Notes: generated from the letters alone by a model not told the origin. Counted from the first letter of the stretch, positions 45,670-57,416 are shown. The stretch: DNA of 64,000 nt from Diplonema japonicum (GCA_964019335.1 OZ025690.1:248001-312000), one strand, 5' to 3'. Numbers and translations: made by a program.

Positions 45670-47328
45670 TTATTTTTTCGCTTCTTTTTTCCTCTTCAGG
45701 AACTCGGACAGTGACATCTTTGTGGTGGTGCCTCCATGTTGGACCCTTGCCTTTTTTGCCGCGGGGTTCTGGGTAGGTTTTGATGGTGTGCGCATAGAAG
45801 ACGCTGAACCCGCCTCGAGTGGGGTAGATGCAACCTCGTGGGTGAAGGACTCGAGATCCTTAATGGGAACAGTACCTATTTTAAGCTCTTTTGCACGCTT
45901 GACTTGGATTTCTTGTTGTTCGTCGTTCTCTTGCTTCTTCTTGTCGACCCAGAAAGTGTCGATTTCTTGCTTTTTCTCAGCGAACCCGCCTTCAGACACC
46001 GACCAGTAAGATTTCCCCGACCGCCCCTCCTTTCTTCCAAACACAATGGTATCAATGGGGTCGGTAGCCTCAACACGGCCTTTATTAGCTGCAGCGTTGC
46101 GGTGCGTCAGCGTAGCAAGCGTGGAAAACGACGAGTTCTGCCCGTATAGAACCGATTTAAGTTTTTCTTCGGTTTCTTGAAGTTCAGCTTCAAGCTGTCT
46201 CTTTTTGATGTCGGGGTCCTCGAAGAATTTCTTCCATGCGACTTCCAAACCAAGCTCCTCCTCTACCGCTTTGTACTCCGGGGGGAGTTCGGTCATGTCT
46301 TCTTCTTGTATTCTTCGCACCGCGAGCTCTTCCAGTTCTTTTTGAAGAATTATCTTGTTCTTGACGAGGTTCACGGATGCCTTTCCTCTTAATCGTTTTC
46401 TTGTGTCGACGATTTCCTTGACCTGTTCGTCTGTTAGGGGCTTCTTGTAGTAGTCGGAGTAGATTTTCCAAAGCTGGGAGCGTTTTTCCGCAGCGCGTTT
46501 TCTGGTGATGACTGGGATTTGGTGCCGTGCCATTCTTTTCACGTAGTCGAGGTATTCTTCTTCAGTGCACTTTTCGTTGGACACAGAACTGAGTTTGAAA
46601 CGCCGTTGATGGCGTCCTGACCTGCACACGATGATCCAGTCTGTTAAGGTGTCGTTTACCTTGTAGGTCAACGCAGCGCCTGTCTGTTGATCGGTACCAG
46701 ATGGAACAGCGGTTTCTACCTCGAACAAGGCGTAGGTGTGGTGGGGTGTTTTTGTGTCGATAACAACTCTGACGAAGGCGCCGGATACGAGCTTTTGAAA
46801 GAAAAAGAGTTGGCAGTGTGGGGAGATGTCCCTGTTACGTGTTAAGGTGATCGAGTCGATAATTTGTTTGTTGGCAGGTTTTTTTTCCTCCGTCGCTGCG
46901 TCACCAGCGCTTTCTTTTTTCAACACAGCTGTTAGATCATCATCAGCATCGTGGTCTGTGTTCAGACGGTCCAGTACGTTGTTCCATGCAGCGTTTTCTT
47001 CGTCCTCGTCGAAGATATCGGCGTTTGCTATCTGTTTTGAGACTTCTTTTTCAATGTGTGTGTCGGAAGCCACCTCCACGCTTTCCAGGTCGTGATCGTC
47101 GTTGTTTTTGTTTTTCTTCTTTTTTTTCCTCGCGGGGGAGTCTTCTTGGATTTCAGACTTCACTTCCACGCTTTCGAGGGACGCGGCCCTTCTTCTCTTT
47201 TTCTTGTCCTTTCTATCCTTTTTGTCCTTCTTCCTGTACAAGGGGAACTCGTCGTCGCTGGACACCTCCTCTTTGATCTCCTCCTGACCCGTTTCTTCTT
47301 TCACTGCGATTTCATCTGGTTCTGACAT
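45670..47328 (-). CDS. RTF1: Rtf1-like Paf1-complex subunit (Plus3 domain)
   Basis: GAFVRVVI...YALFEV...YKV...RRFKLSSVSNEKCTEEEY is Plus3-like; charged N-terminus. Confidence 0.78.
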   Translation of the reverse strand: MSEPDEIAVKEETGQEEIKEEVSSDDEFPLYRKKDKKDRKDKKKRRRAASLESVEVKSEIQEDSPARKKKKKNKNNDDHDLESVEVASDTHIEKEVSKQIANADIFDEDEENAAWNNVLDRLNTDHDADDDLTAVLKKESAGDAATEEKKPANKQIIDSITLTRNRDISPHCQLFFFQKLVSGAFVRVVIDTKTPHHTYALFEVETAVPSGTDQQTGAALTYKVNDTLTDWIIVCRSGRHQRRFKLSSVSNEKCTEEEYLDYVKRMARHQIPVITRKRAAEKRSQLWKIYSDYYKKPLTDEQVKEIVDTRKRLRGKASVNLVKNKIILQKELEELAVRRIQEEDMTELPPEYKAVEEELGLEVAWKKFFEDPDIKKRQLEAELQETEEKLKSVLYGQNSSFSTLATLTHRNAAANKGRVEATDPIDTIVFGRKEGRSGKSYWSVSEGGFAEKKQEIDTFWVDKKKQENDEQQEIQVKRAKELKIGTVPIKDLESFTHEVASTPLEAGSASSMRTPSKPTQNPAAKKARVQHGGTTTKMSLSEFLKRKKEAKK

Positions 47329-47614
47329 TCTTTTTTTTTTTTTTCTTCTCCCTTTTGAAACACGTGGATATAGATGGGTGAGGACGGGGGGTATGTTTAT
47401 AAAAATGAAAAATATTTGAAAAAAAAAAAAAAAAAAAAAAGAGTGTCAGAAAAAAAAAAAGGCACCTCAGAAAGGGGGGTGAAATTGGAAGATAGAAGGT
47501 CGGGGGGGGGGGGGGGGTTAATTGGTGTTGATGTTGTTGCTCAACAAGTACTGTTTCAGTTTTTTCAAGTTTTAAGAATGAAAAAAAAAAACCCCCCCCA
47601 TTTAGACATCGTTT

Positions 47615-48877
47615 TCATTTGTAAAGACTCTTCTCCAGTTCTTCGATGAAACCAAGGGCCGAGCGTGCCGCACCTAGATTGTTCGTGATGTTTGTTACGC
47701 AAGAGTCGCCGTGTTCCTCCTCTAGCATTTCTGCGGCCTCTTTGGCTTGCTCCTGCAAGGAAACGTAGTTTTTCTGTCCCTCCTTCTCGTGTTTCAGGTA
47801 GCTGACAATGTTACTCTCATCTCCATCAAGCCCGTCCATCATCTTGCTGTACTGAGCTTTCAGATCCTTCTCAGTCTGATCTATCGCCTCCCGAACGTTC
47901 TTCAGAATGGTTTGCATCTTTGGCTGCAAAAAATTGTTGGTGGTGGAAACGAAGCGATGCACTTCTGTTTGCATTTCCACCCGCTGCTTCTCTGCATGGA
48001 GCGCCTGTTGCGCAGAGACAACCTTGCGGTACTGGTTCTGCATAGCCTCCCTTCTTTTTTCTTGCTGTTCTTCTCGCTTAGCGATCAGATCTCGTTTCTT
48101 CTCGTACTCCACCTCCACGCGACCTGTCATGCGCAATATTTCAGACTGTAGTGTCCGCACACGGTCGTTGCACGCTGCTTGCTCTTTGCTGTTTTTGTCG
48201 AAGGCTTGCTCATAGGTTCTGCGAACGTCATCCAGTTTGTTAAGTTCCTCATTTAGCATGGCGTTTTTGGCCTTAGTGCCGTCCGAGGAAGGCATTTCAG
48301 TGTTTAAAGGCAGCTGTTTGAAGACGGTTTCCAAAGCGGCGCTGTGCTCGGAGAGAGAAGCGAGTTTTTCCCGTTCGAGATTGTGTCTCAGTTCGACAGC
48401 TTTTCTGTTTTTTTTGACGTAGTTTAAGTTCGTCTTCGCTGTGTTGAGGTTCGCACGAAGCTGTTCATGTTCAACTCCGTGCGGGTCACTGCTCTTCCCA
48501 AGGTCTTCAAAGGAAACTCTTGCAAATGAACACATGGGGTTTAGATAACCGTTATTATCGAAACGATCCATTTTCGGGGTGTTGTGTTTGGATATTTCCG
48601 TGGCCTTGCGTATTGTTTCGACTGTTGCTCTCAAAGTGGGGTCGCGCTTGGCTCGGTTGGAACATTTTTCGTAGGGCTCGACAAGTTCGTGCTCCGCTGG
48701 TGGGGGTAGATCTTCCTGACGTGTATCGATGTCTTCGTCAAGAGGAGCTGCTTGTTGACCCGCCAGTTCTTCTTGTTCTTGCTCCAGCTCGTCGTGCGTC
48801 ATCGATGACAGGTCAAGTTTACCGCAAGCTGTTTTCATCAAACATACGGCTGCTTTAAGCGCATCTGACGTTGACAT
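47615..48877 (-). CDS. Coiled-coil protein (possibly flagellar/PFR-like)
   Basis: ORF from MSTSDALK at 48877; extended heptads. Confidence 0.75.
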   Translation of the reverse strand: MSTSDALKAAVCLMKTACGKLDLSSMTHDELEQEQEELAGQQAAPLDEDIDTRQEDLPPPAEHELVEPYEKCSNRAKRDPTLRATVETIRKATEISKHNTPKMDRFDNNGYLNPMCSFARVSFEDLGKSSDPHGVEHEQLRANLNTAKTNLNYVKKNRKAVELRHNLEREKLASLSEHSAALETVFKQLPLNTEMPSSDGTKAKNAMLNEELNKLDDVRRTYEQAFDKNSKEQAACNDRVRTLQSEILRMTGRVEVEYEKKRDLIAKREEQQEKRREAMQNQYRKVVSAQQALHAEKQRVEMQTEVHRFVSTTNNFLQPKMQTILKNVREAIDQTEKDLKAQYSKMMDGLDGDESNIVSYLKHEKEGQKNYVSLQEQAKEAAEMLEEEHGDSCVTNITNNLGAARSALGFIEELEKSLYK

Positions 48878-48908
48878 TCTTTCTTTTCCTTTTTCTCTCT
48901 TTTCTAAG

Positions 48909-48909
<1 letters not shown>

Positions 48910-48941
<32 letters not shown>
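48910..48941. repeat. (GT)n microsatellite
   Basis: Direct observation. Confidence 0.95.
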
Positions 48942-48943
<2 letters not shown>

Positions 48944-48992
48944 GGGGGGGAAAGAATAGAACAATAATGTCGGGGTCTTTCTTTTTTGTAAA

Positions 48993-51230
48993 TCACAACG
49001 CGGCCACATCTATGTACTTCTCCCCCGCTCTGCCTTTCCCCTTGTCTTCTTTTTCCTTTCCTCGCTCGGGTTGTTGCTGCTTGGGCCGTTCCCATTGCTT
49101 CTGCCCGGTGTGTGGGTTCTTATAGAAAAGATCCCCCTGGGGCGACTCAGCCTTTTTTTTTTTTCTCTTTTTTTTTTTCCCCCTTTCCCGCCATTCATAC
49201 CAACACCCACCCGGTGGGCAGATTCTTATCTAGCTCCCTTTGCGGAGGTTCTGGACCGTATTTTCTGTGGAGGGCCGCGAACAGGGTTTCCTCAGTGTCG
49301 GTGTACTCAAGGAGGGTGGCAACGACGCTTGGGAGCTTCGCGGGGTTGTAGTGCTGGTAAAAATTCACAAGACGCTGCCGGGTAGGCTTGCTGATAATCT
49401 TCTCACGTCTCTGTTGCTTGTACACTTGGTTCTGCTCAGCACGTTGGAGCGGGTCGGCAGTCGGTTGCTGCCGTGTCTTCCAAAGAACCTCGGCTACGAC
49501 TGATGCAACATCACCCTCTTCCACGGTAGGCTGCCACACGTCGCCTTCCACAGCTCCCCGAGGCGCGAATGTGACCCACCCCCTCCCGCTCAGATCGAAT
49601 TTGTCTTTGAAATAAACCAGCAAAACCTCATCAAAATTTGGTTCCGGGGTGTTGCTCTTGAAGCAGAAACCCTTGCACTCAGGGGATCGTATCGCTAAGT
49701 CCAACGCCTGCTCCAATGTGAGCTCTCTCGGCGAGCCTAAAATATCCCCCCCGGAGCTTATGTACCCAATTCGCGGGGTCCAGTCGCTTTGTAGTCGAAC
49801 GGCGTTGGGGTTTCTCTTTTTTTTATGTTCCGGAAAGACGCCGAAGGTTTGCCAACCGACAGGGTGCAGCATGAAGGGTGTTCCAAGCTTCTCCCCGAAC
49901 CCGGCATTGCTAGTGAGCATGGGGGCGATCGACGAACTTTGCATGATGTCCTTCACCTCGTGCACAACCTGCGCCAGTGTGGGCGGCGCCATGTGGTCGA
50001 AAGGGGGCAACGCCACACCAGTAAAATACTCCTTCGCCATGTTCTGGATGAGACCGCTTTTTTTAGGATCGACGTCAAGGCTTCGAAGCGTGCCCTGTAT
50101 GTTCACCAAAGGGTCTTCACACCATTTCTGTAGAACTGTTGAAGACAGTTTTTCCAACGCATGCTCAACCTCACCTCCGAACCTCGTACGGATCGCTTCA
50201 AAAAAACGCATTCTGCCTGAACGAAGCGACTCGTGATCGGTACACGGCACACGAAGTCGTTTCAACGCTGAAATAAACGCCCCGGTTAGGTTGTACTCTG
50301 AGGTTTCCAAGTTCAACCTGGGCTTGTGGACGGACAATATTGTAATCCTCGGGTTTGGGGGTAGGTTCGTAAACTTCGCCCCGACACGAGGCTGTGCATC
50401 TCCCTCCAAAAAAGACACCAATTGGTTCCGAAGAACGGCAATGTTGTACCCAAGCGGCCGTGCATCGCATAAAATAAACGCCTCACTTCCATTGTGAAGC
50501 TTCTCTGACAGGGTTTGAAGAACATCCGCTCCACGAATGGACCCGTTGGTACGGTGGTCTGCGGGGTACAGACACCCTGAACCTTCCGTTTCCTTGTGGC
50601 CTCCATGCGCAGTTTTTCCGATGAACGCGAAAAAAACAGAATGGCCTGGTTGGGAACCTGTTGCCAACCATTGAATTGAGTCTAAAATATTTTCTTTTGA
50701 AGGGATTGTATCGATGTTGCCATCGTCGACTAGCATGCGGATACCGCCCTTGAACCGTTCTGCAACAAGACAGTTTCGAAGTTGTTTGGCAGCGTTCACT
50801 GATGTGGACGGGACGGCGGAGGTGTTTGCGCCCACATAGTCCACACCTATGATGACGGCTTTGCCTACGACGGCTTCAAGCGGGCGGATTTCTTCAGCGC
50901 CGATTTTTTTGTTGTCTAGAGGGGGCCAAGGTCCGTATTCATCTATGTATTCTTCCCACAGTCCGGCCCAGTCCTTGTTCGCTGCGAGGATGGTGTCGAG
51001 TACACTGAGTTCTTTTGGATCGTAGTGTTGCAGAAAGTCCGCGAAATCGCCCCGTTGGAGGTCTTCCTTCCTGGTCTCGGCTGGCGGCCAAGGTCCGTAC
51101 TTTGTAGTGAATTCGTTCCACAAACCCTCCCAGTCGGCCGTGCCTGATAATACCTCTTCAATGCCATCTGCGGCGCCCTGGTCGTAATGCGCCAGGAATT
51201 CTTTGAAATCGATGATGGTTTTTGGGGTAT

Positions 51231-51234
<4 letters not shown>
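48993..51234 (-). CDS. Pseudo-metacaspase-domain protein with KYGP[WE]P helical repeats and C-terminal WW domain, 2 exons
   Basis: KAVIIGVDY, PSKENILDSIQWL, QPGHSVFFAFIG; intron 49152-49200 completes LPTGWVL|AESPQGDLFYKNPHTGQKQWERP. Confidence 0.85.
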
Positions 51235-51268
<34 letters not shown>

Positions 51269-52210
51269 TTATGTTACATTTTTCATTCGACCTTTTTTTT
51301 TTTTTTTTTTCCCCTGAACACGCAAAACCGAAAAAAGTTGCGTGATTCCTTGATGGAAGCTGCAGGCATTTCCCCATCCCCCCCCCCCCCCCCCCCCCCC
51401 GGCGGTGAAGAAACTTAAACAACACAAAAATAAAGAAAGAAAAAGAAATGGATACAATAAGAGAGTGATGTTTTAACCCGTATGCGCCCAGGGGAAGGGA
51501 GGTAATTGATTTTTCATTTTTTTTTTTTTTGGATTTTTTTTTTTTTGGGCCCTGTGTTGGCATATGCTGAAGTCTCGAGGTTGACAGATATTTTTAGACA
51601 TAAATCCCGCCTTCGCCTAGAGAGGTCTAAAAAAAAAAAAAAGGCCTAAATGGGATTTTGGATAGCTCAGAGAAGGACCCACTAACTGCTTCTACAGAAG
51701 CAATTGAGCGCATAAGGGTTAAAAAAAAACTTTTTTTCTTCTACGGGAGGTAAAAAAAAAAAAAGAAAAAAACTGAAAAAAAAACTGGGAAATTAAAAAT
51801 ATCATGACAACGGGGAAGGGGGGGGGGGGGGGGGAGATAGAATACAGTACAAGAGAAGACAGGGAAGGATTTAACTGGTGGGGAGGGGGGTGTTGTTCCA
51901 CAACCCGGTCAAATGAAAGAAATGCATAACTGGAGACACCTTTTTTTTTTTTAAATTTTTATTTTGAAAAAAGCTTCTTTTTCTTCTTATTATGTTACAA
52001 TAAAAAAAAAACCTTCTGGTTTCGGAACGAAAAGGGGGAGAAGTCTCTTTTCGCTCACACAAAACCACGAAGGCCACAAAGTTCACTATGTTGGTGGGGG
52101 GGGGGGGGGGGGGGGGTAGGGTTGCGCACAACCAAGTAAAATCATGACTAACACAACTACATACTACAAGGGGTGCCCTGCACGAGGGCTGGACCACCCA
52201 GAGGAAAACG

Positions 52211-52267
<57 letters not shown>

Positions 52268-52819
52268 AAAGCAATAGGTGTGATTGTGAATAGGGAGAAA
52301 AAAAAAATAGAAAACAAGAAATACAACATTAATGAGAACGGGTTATATTTGGAAGAACTCAAAAAAAAAAAAAAAAAAAAAAATGCATGTTACCCAAAAA
52401 GGGCATTTGCAAATGCATATGGCATGAACATGGGGTATATGGGGGGAAAGAAGAAGAGGGGGAAATAGCACTGAAAATAGTAGTGGAGGAGGGGGGTGGG
52501 TCGGTTTTTACAATGTGTTGACTTCAAACCTGAACAAAAATCAACCAACTGCGCTTGCCAAGAGGGGGGGAAAAAAAGGAAAAAAAAAAAAAAAAAAAAA
52601 AAAGAATAAGACAACACAATAGGGTGCCATTTCTCTTCTTTTTTTTTTTTTTCCTTTCTTCCCCCCCCCCCCCCCCAACAGCTCGTAAAAAAAGAAAAAA
52701 AAAATGAGACACGAGGAGAGGAGGAGGAGAGGAAAAAAAAATCTAAAACCCGGACTTGTATTTCTTGCCGTATGAAGGCAGTGAGTCTTGGTTAGGGGCA
52801 CGGTGCTGAAAATTCTGTA

Positions 52820-52851
<32 letters not shown>

Positions 52852-52869
52852 TTTTTTTTTTAAAAAAAA

Positions 52870-54084
52870 TCACACCGCATCCGAGTCACCAATTGTATGA
52901 CAAATAATAGTGTCGCCGACGTTGGTGGTGACCTCTCTGGGAGTGATCAGAGGCGAGGACCGGAGGTACTGCGCAACAGGGAGTCCCGACTTGACCATGT
53001 CCTTCAAGAATACGGTGAGAAGCGTAAGGATACCCTGTTCGTCCTTTCCTCGGAAATCCGGAACAAGAATCGCCTGCGTCGCGTTTTTCCTCAAACAGTC
53101 GGGAGTGTTCTCCACGAGCAGCACACGGTCGGGATCACGGCCAAGAAGACGGAGATCCTTCACCTGACCGGGTTGGCCATCAAACCACAGATGATGACGG
53201 TAAATACAATGCCTGATCGCACCTACTGTGTCTAGCTGTTTCAACACCTCCTTGGCATAACTCCTCTCACCAGCAGTCCAAACAACGGTTTCACAATGTT
53301 GCCCAAGAACACGAATCATCTCCTTAAACCCCGGCCTGCATTGAATAGGCCCATCCCTCGCATAAACGAGCGTTTCATCAAGATCGAGAACAACACAGTA
53401 CTTCCCTCTGTCTTCATGAGCTTGCGGTGCTATGATGAACTGCGACATACCGTCCCACAACATAGACGGTCGACGGTCAGGAGAAGCAGGGGAAGCAGGA
53501 GGTGGAAGTGCTGTGTTGTAAGGCTTTGCCTTATCCTCATCCCTCCAAGTGTGCTCAGAGTACGCACGGGACGGCGGTGTACTGAACACCCTTTTAGGAG
53601 GTGCCATCGGCGATGTTGTTCTAGGAAGCCTCGACTCAAAGGTAGCATGAGTAGGCGATGGTGTCCTGGTTTTGTATGTAGTCCCGGTGTTTCTATCCCT
53701 TCCGCGTTCTCTGTCGGGGACCATTGATGTGAAGGTGGTGTGCGGTGGTGTTTTCGGTGACACTGGGTGGTTCTTCTCTATCCCAGCGCTTCTCTTCATG
53801 ATGTCGTGTCGAAGGTTGCTCGCCATTGGAGACTTGTACCCGCCTGTTTTCCGAGCTTGCCAGGTTCTGTGGCTTTCTTCTTGCGGGGGTTGCCTCGTGT
53901 CGTGGCTGACCCCGCCGGTGTACCACCTATGCGGGGGTGTCGCAGGCGTAGTGCTCCCCCTTCCCGTATTATACGTCGCGTAAGCATACCCATTCCCAGG
54001 GCTTCTGTCATGGTGGGGATTCCCAGGGCTTCTGTCATGGTGGGGGGCCACGTAGCCCATGTTGTAGTTGTGGGAAAGCGGCAT
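52870..54084 (-). CDS. FCP1/SCP-like (NIF) HAD phosphatase
   Basis: VVLDLDETLV, RPG, VVWTAG, KDLRLLGRD. Confidence 0.92.
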   Translation of the reverse strand: MPLSHNYNMGYVAPHHDRSPGNPHHDRSPGNGYAYATYNTGRGSTTPATPPHRWYTGGVSHDTRQPPQEESHRTWQARKTGGYKSPMASNLRHDIMKRSAGIEKNHPVSPKTPPHTTFTSMVPDRERGRDRNTGTTYKTRTPSPTHATFESRLPRTTSPMAPPKRVFSTPPSRAYSEHTWRDEDKAKPYNTALPPPASPASPDRRPSMLWDGMSQFIIAPQAHEDRGKYCVVLDLDETLVYARDGPIQCRPGFKEMIRVLGQHCETVVWTAGERSYAKEVLKQLDTVGAIRHCIYRHHLWFDGQPGQVKDLRLLGRDPDRVLLVENTPDCLRKNATQAILVPDFRGKDEQGILTLLTVFLKDMVKSGLPVAQYLRSSPLITPREVTTNVGDTIICHTIGDSDAV

Positions 54085-54252
54085 TGTTGTTTTTTTTTCT
54101 TTTTTTTTTCTTTTTTTTTTTTCTTAATTGTATCATAGACAGTGTGGGAATGATAATAAATAATAATTTGAAGAGGAAAAAAAAAAGGGGGGTGTGGGGG
54201 GAAGGATAGAAAGCGTGTATTAATACTATTATTTTTTTTTTCTTTTTTCGTT

Positions 54253-55083
54253 TCAATCCTTCAACATCTCGATCACCTCTGGAACCGTCAGCTCCCTGTA
54301 CACCACCTCCGTCGCATGACGAAGTGCGTCGGGGCCCGGGTCGGGTTTTTCGGTCAAAACGTTTCGATACGATTCAATGGCTGCTGTGAAGGGCCCTGCG
54401 GCCGTTGCTACCAAATGGGTTGGGGTGAGCTTCTGGACAGTGAACGCCCAGCCTAGCATCTCAGAGGAGTCAAAGGCACAGGTCGCCGTGAGGCATCCTG
54501 AAGACGACCACTGTGACGGCTTGAACTCAATTCTAGACAATTCATAACCAAGACCGATACCTATAGCCTTGACAAAGGACTCCTTAAGAGTCCACATCAC
54601 ATAGAAATTTGTAAGCTGATCTAAAGAAGTTGTCGGGGTAACGATTATATCCCACTCCGAGGGTGAGAAGCAGTCTTGCATAGACGAAAAGAACTCAGAG
54701 ATGGTTTTGTCGTTTGTCGGGTAATGGGAAGGCTGGACCTCAATCTTCATTACATCGCACCCTACAAGGACATCTTCGCTGCTTGCGAAGGTCACGTACT
54801 CCCCTTGATGTGATATATTGAAGTTTTCTCCTTGCTCTGTGAAATAAGGTTTGCCTTCCTTTGTTCGCGACGCGGGCTTGCCCTTACCTTGTATATGGAT
54901 CAGCAATCTACCGATTAACGATGATTTGGCGTCAGGGTTGAGCCTCCCTGTTATACCCCTTCCTCTGTTGAATTTTCCTATCCGGTGCGCTTCTACTTCT
55001 GGAAGGATTTTCAGAAGGTTGGACCACTGCTCCTCGGTGGGGTCCCATTCATTGAAGTTTACGGCCCATCTTGTTTCGGGCAT
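54253..55083 (-). CDS. Sfp-type 4'-phosphopantetheinyl transferase (AASDHPPT-like)
   Basis: GKPY, FNISHQG, VGCDVM, FYVMWTLKESFVKAIGIG. Confidence 0.93.
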   Translation of the reverse strand: MPETRWAVNFNEWDPTEEQWSNLLKILPEVEAHRIGKFNRGRGITGRLNPDAKSSLIGRLLIHIQGKGKPASRTKEGKPYFTEQGENFNISHQGEYVTFASSEDVLVGCDVMKIEVQPSHYPTNDKTISEFFSSMQDCFSPSEWDIIVTPTTSLDQLTNFYVMWTLKESFVKAIGIGLGYELSRIEFKPSQWSSSGCLTATCAFDSSEMLGWAFTVQKLTPTHLVATAAGPFTAAIESYRNVLTEKPDPGPDALRHATEVVYRELTVPEVIEMLKD

Positions 55084-55197
55084 TTTTTTTTTTTTTTTTT
55101 TTTTTTGTTGCTTTCCTTTTAACAAAGTGTTGCTTTTTTTTTCTTTTTTTTTTCTTTCCCAATACGAGGGGGGGGGGAAAAAGAAGAAGAAAAAAAA

Positions 55198-55854
55198 CTC
55201 AAAGTACAGGACAAACCCCCCGCTAGAGGGCCGCCCTATGGGAGGGGGGGGGGGGCCTATCTGTTAATACTCCCCTTCTGGAGCATTGCTTTCATCCCGA
55301 TTGAAGCCGTGAGCGTCTCGCGGAGTCGTGTGATGCGGTCCCGCTTGTAGTCGGCTTTCAATTCCATTAGCTTGTCGTGCGTGGAGCGGGTGGCGAAAAT
55401 AGGCCTCCTGGAGAAACCAATAGCTGCCTTTCCTCCAATGGCGATGAGGGAAAAAAGTTGTCTCGATTTTAGTGGTGCCATGCAGTATGTGACACAGCGG
55501 CCACCCTTGTGAAACTTCGCCCCGAAGCCTCCCAAGTCCCCTGTGGTCCCGTAGAAAGTAAAAGTGGAGAGGTAAAGAAAGCTTGGAAATTGAAATAGGG
55601 AGAGGGGCCACAGAAGCAATTAAACCGGGAGGCTACTTGCCTGACCTGGTGAAGCCACCTCCTTGTCCGATGTAATGGGATAGGGACTCTCCGTTGAGGG
55701 CGATGCTAACTGGCGCCACGCGTAGGGCTCTCCACCCCCGTCCAGGTTTCCCCACGTGTACGTCTTTAGAACGAGAGTTTCCCTTTCGCTTGTGTTTCTC
55801 CAAACCACAATTACCAGGAACCACCACAGGGAGGTTGGAAACATTCGTCCCCCC
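55198..55854 (-). mobile_element. Non-autonomous LINE derivative, family B (HDV-like ribozyme head, UTR-like body, LINE 3' end with tail 4)
   Basis: 3' ~250 nt nearly identical to 23324-23570; 5' end folds as an HDV-like ribozyme. Confidence 0.75.
55777..55852 (-). ncRNA. Predicted HDV-like ribozyme (family B, compact)
   Basis: P1 GGGGAC/GTTCCT with G1-U wobble; P2 GTTTCC/GGAAAC; P3 ACC/GGT; L3 TCCCTGT; P1.1 GG; P4 TTGT(G)GTTT-GGAG-AAACACAA; J4/2 GCGAA with C at 55788. Confidence 0.75.
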
Positions 55855-56248
55855 AAAAAAGAAGCTCGCCGCCCGGATATACTTTTTGTTAAAAAAAGAA
55901 AGGAAAAAAAAAACGGGGGAGGGGAAGCTCTCTTCATCGTCGTTGACTCCAGAGTAGCGTAAGGGGCAGGGGGGTAAGCAAAGTGTTGTTCTTTGTTATT
56001 TCGTAATGCCTAACTCTTTTTTTTTTTAAAAAAATAAAATATGAGCTCGCCCTGAAAAAATATGCCAACAAATTAAAAATTGCTCGTCACAAATTAAAAA
56101 TTGAGAAGTTTGCTTTTTAAGGACCCTTAAGGGATTTTAGCCTAAATGGCAGTATTTTCCCCACCCCATTCTAATAGTGATGGAGAGCCCAAACCACCCA
56201 AAATGACCTTAAGATTCACAGATTTTCCATCTCGCTTTTCAATGATGA

Positions 56249-56285
<37 letters not shown>

Positions 56286-56613
56286 ATTCTAAAAAGCATG
56301 TTTTTGCACGCGCGTTTTAGAAACGAAACAAACGGTGCGCATTGTGCCCTATATGGTGCACACACTTAGACCGCAATTTTACTTTTTGTACACACAAATC
56401 TTCCGAGGGCTTTCCGTTGCAAAAGTCGTTTGTTGACATTTTCTTTTTTTTCTTTTTTTTCTTTTCTGGACAGACTCACTTATATATAAAAAAAAAAAAA
56501 AAGAGAAACTGGCCGTTGTTTGTACGTGCCGGGTAAAACCTGGAGAAGTTTGTCAACCCGAAACACGTTGCCAACGTTCCCCTTTTGTTTAGACAAGTCA
56601 AAGACTCGTTCTT

Positions 56614-56669
<56 letters not shown>

Positions 56670-57375
56670 TCGATCTTTTAACGTCAAGGTGACAAGTCGA
56701 ACAACGCTCCAAGTGTACCATAGAGTACAAGGGGTGGGGGTGTTTGTAGTCAAACGACACATTGGAGTGGGTTCTAACCTGTGCGGCACCACTCCAGACA
56801 TGGCGTACCTGGTCTCCGTTTCCTCGCGGTAGGGTGGGGGGGACATCTTTTTCTTTTGGTTTGCCTTATTCTTGTCTCTCTGCCGAGCACCGTCACCCTG
56901 ACACAGACTTCCCTGGACTCGCTTAAGGGGAGGTGCCGTTACGCACCTAGACCCGGCCAAAGGTCTTGCTGCCCCTTTAAAAAATAGCACGAAACACACA
57001 AGGCCAGGTTGCAACAAAAAAGTGAAGCAGGGTGAGGTGGAACATCCCTTGGTTCCTTTTTGAACAGGCAGAGCTCACGCAGCTGCAGCAGTAAAGGCAA
57101 AGGTAGTTCTCTCAAAACGGGCGAGAGAAAGCACAATAAATTCGGATCTTTACAGTAATTATGAGCGCGAGCTTATAATTATTGTTACGTCAGAGGGGAG
57201 AAAAAAAAAAACGGAAGGAGGGTGGTGGTGACCCACCCATGGGTAAGGGAGGATAGCAGCCTTCCCACTCAAGAATAATAAAACAATAAATTACCGGGGA
57301 AGTAAAAAAAACTTCCGGTCCGCCCGGGAGCTTTCCGGTAATTTTTTTACTTCCGGAATTAATTGTTTTATGGTG

Positions 57376-57416
<41 letters not shown>

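Noticed and set aside
14445-55083. PEP mutase plus PPTase as a phosphonate/NRPS biosynthetic cluster
   Set aside because: They are 40 kb apart among unrelated housekeeping genes, and no other pathway genes are present.
56810-56845. tttcctcgcgg HDV L3-like motif on +
   Set aside because: No matching P1 or P2 partners found by hand.
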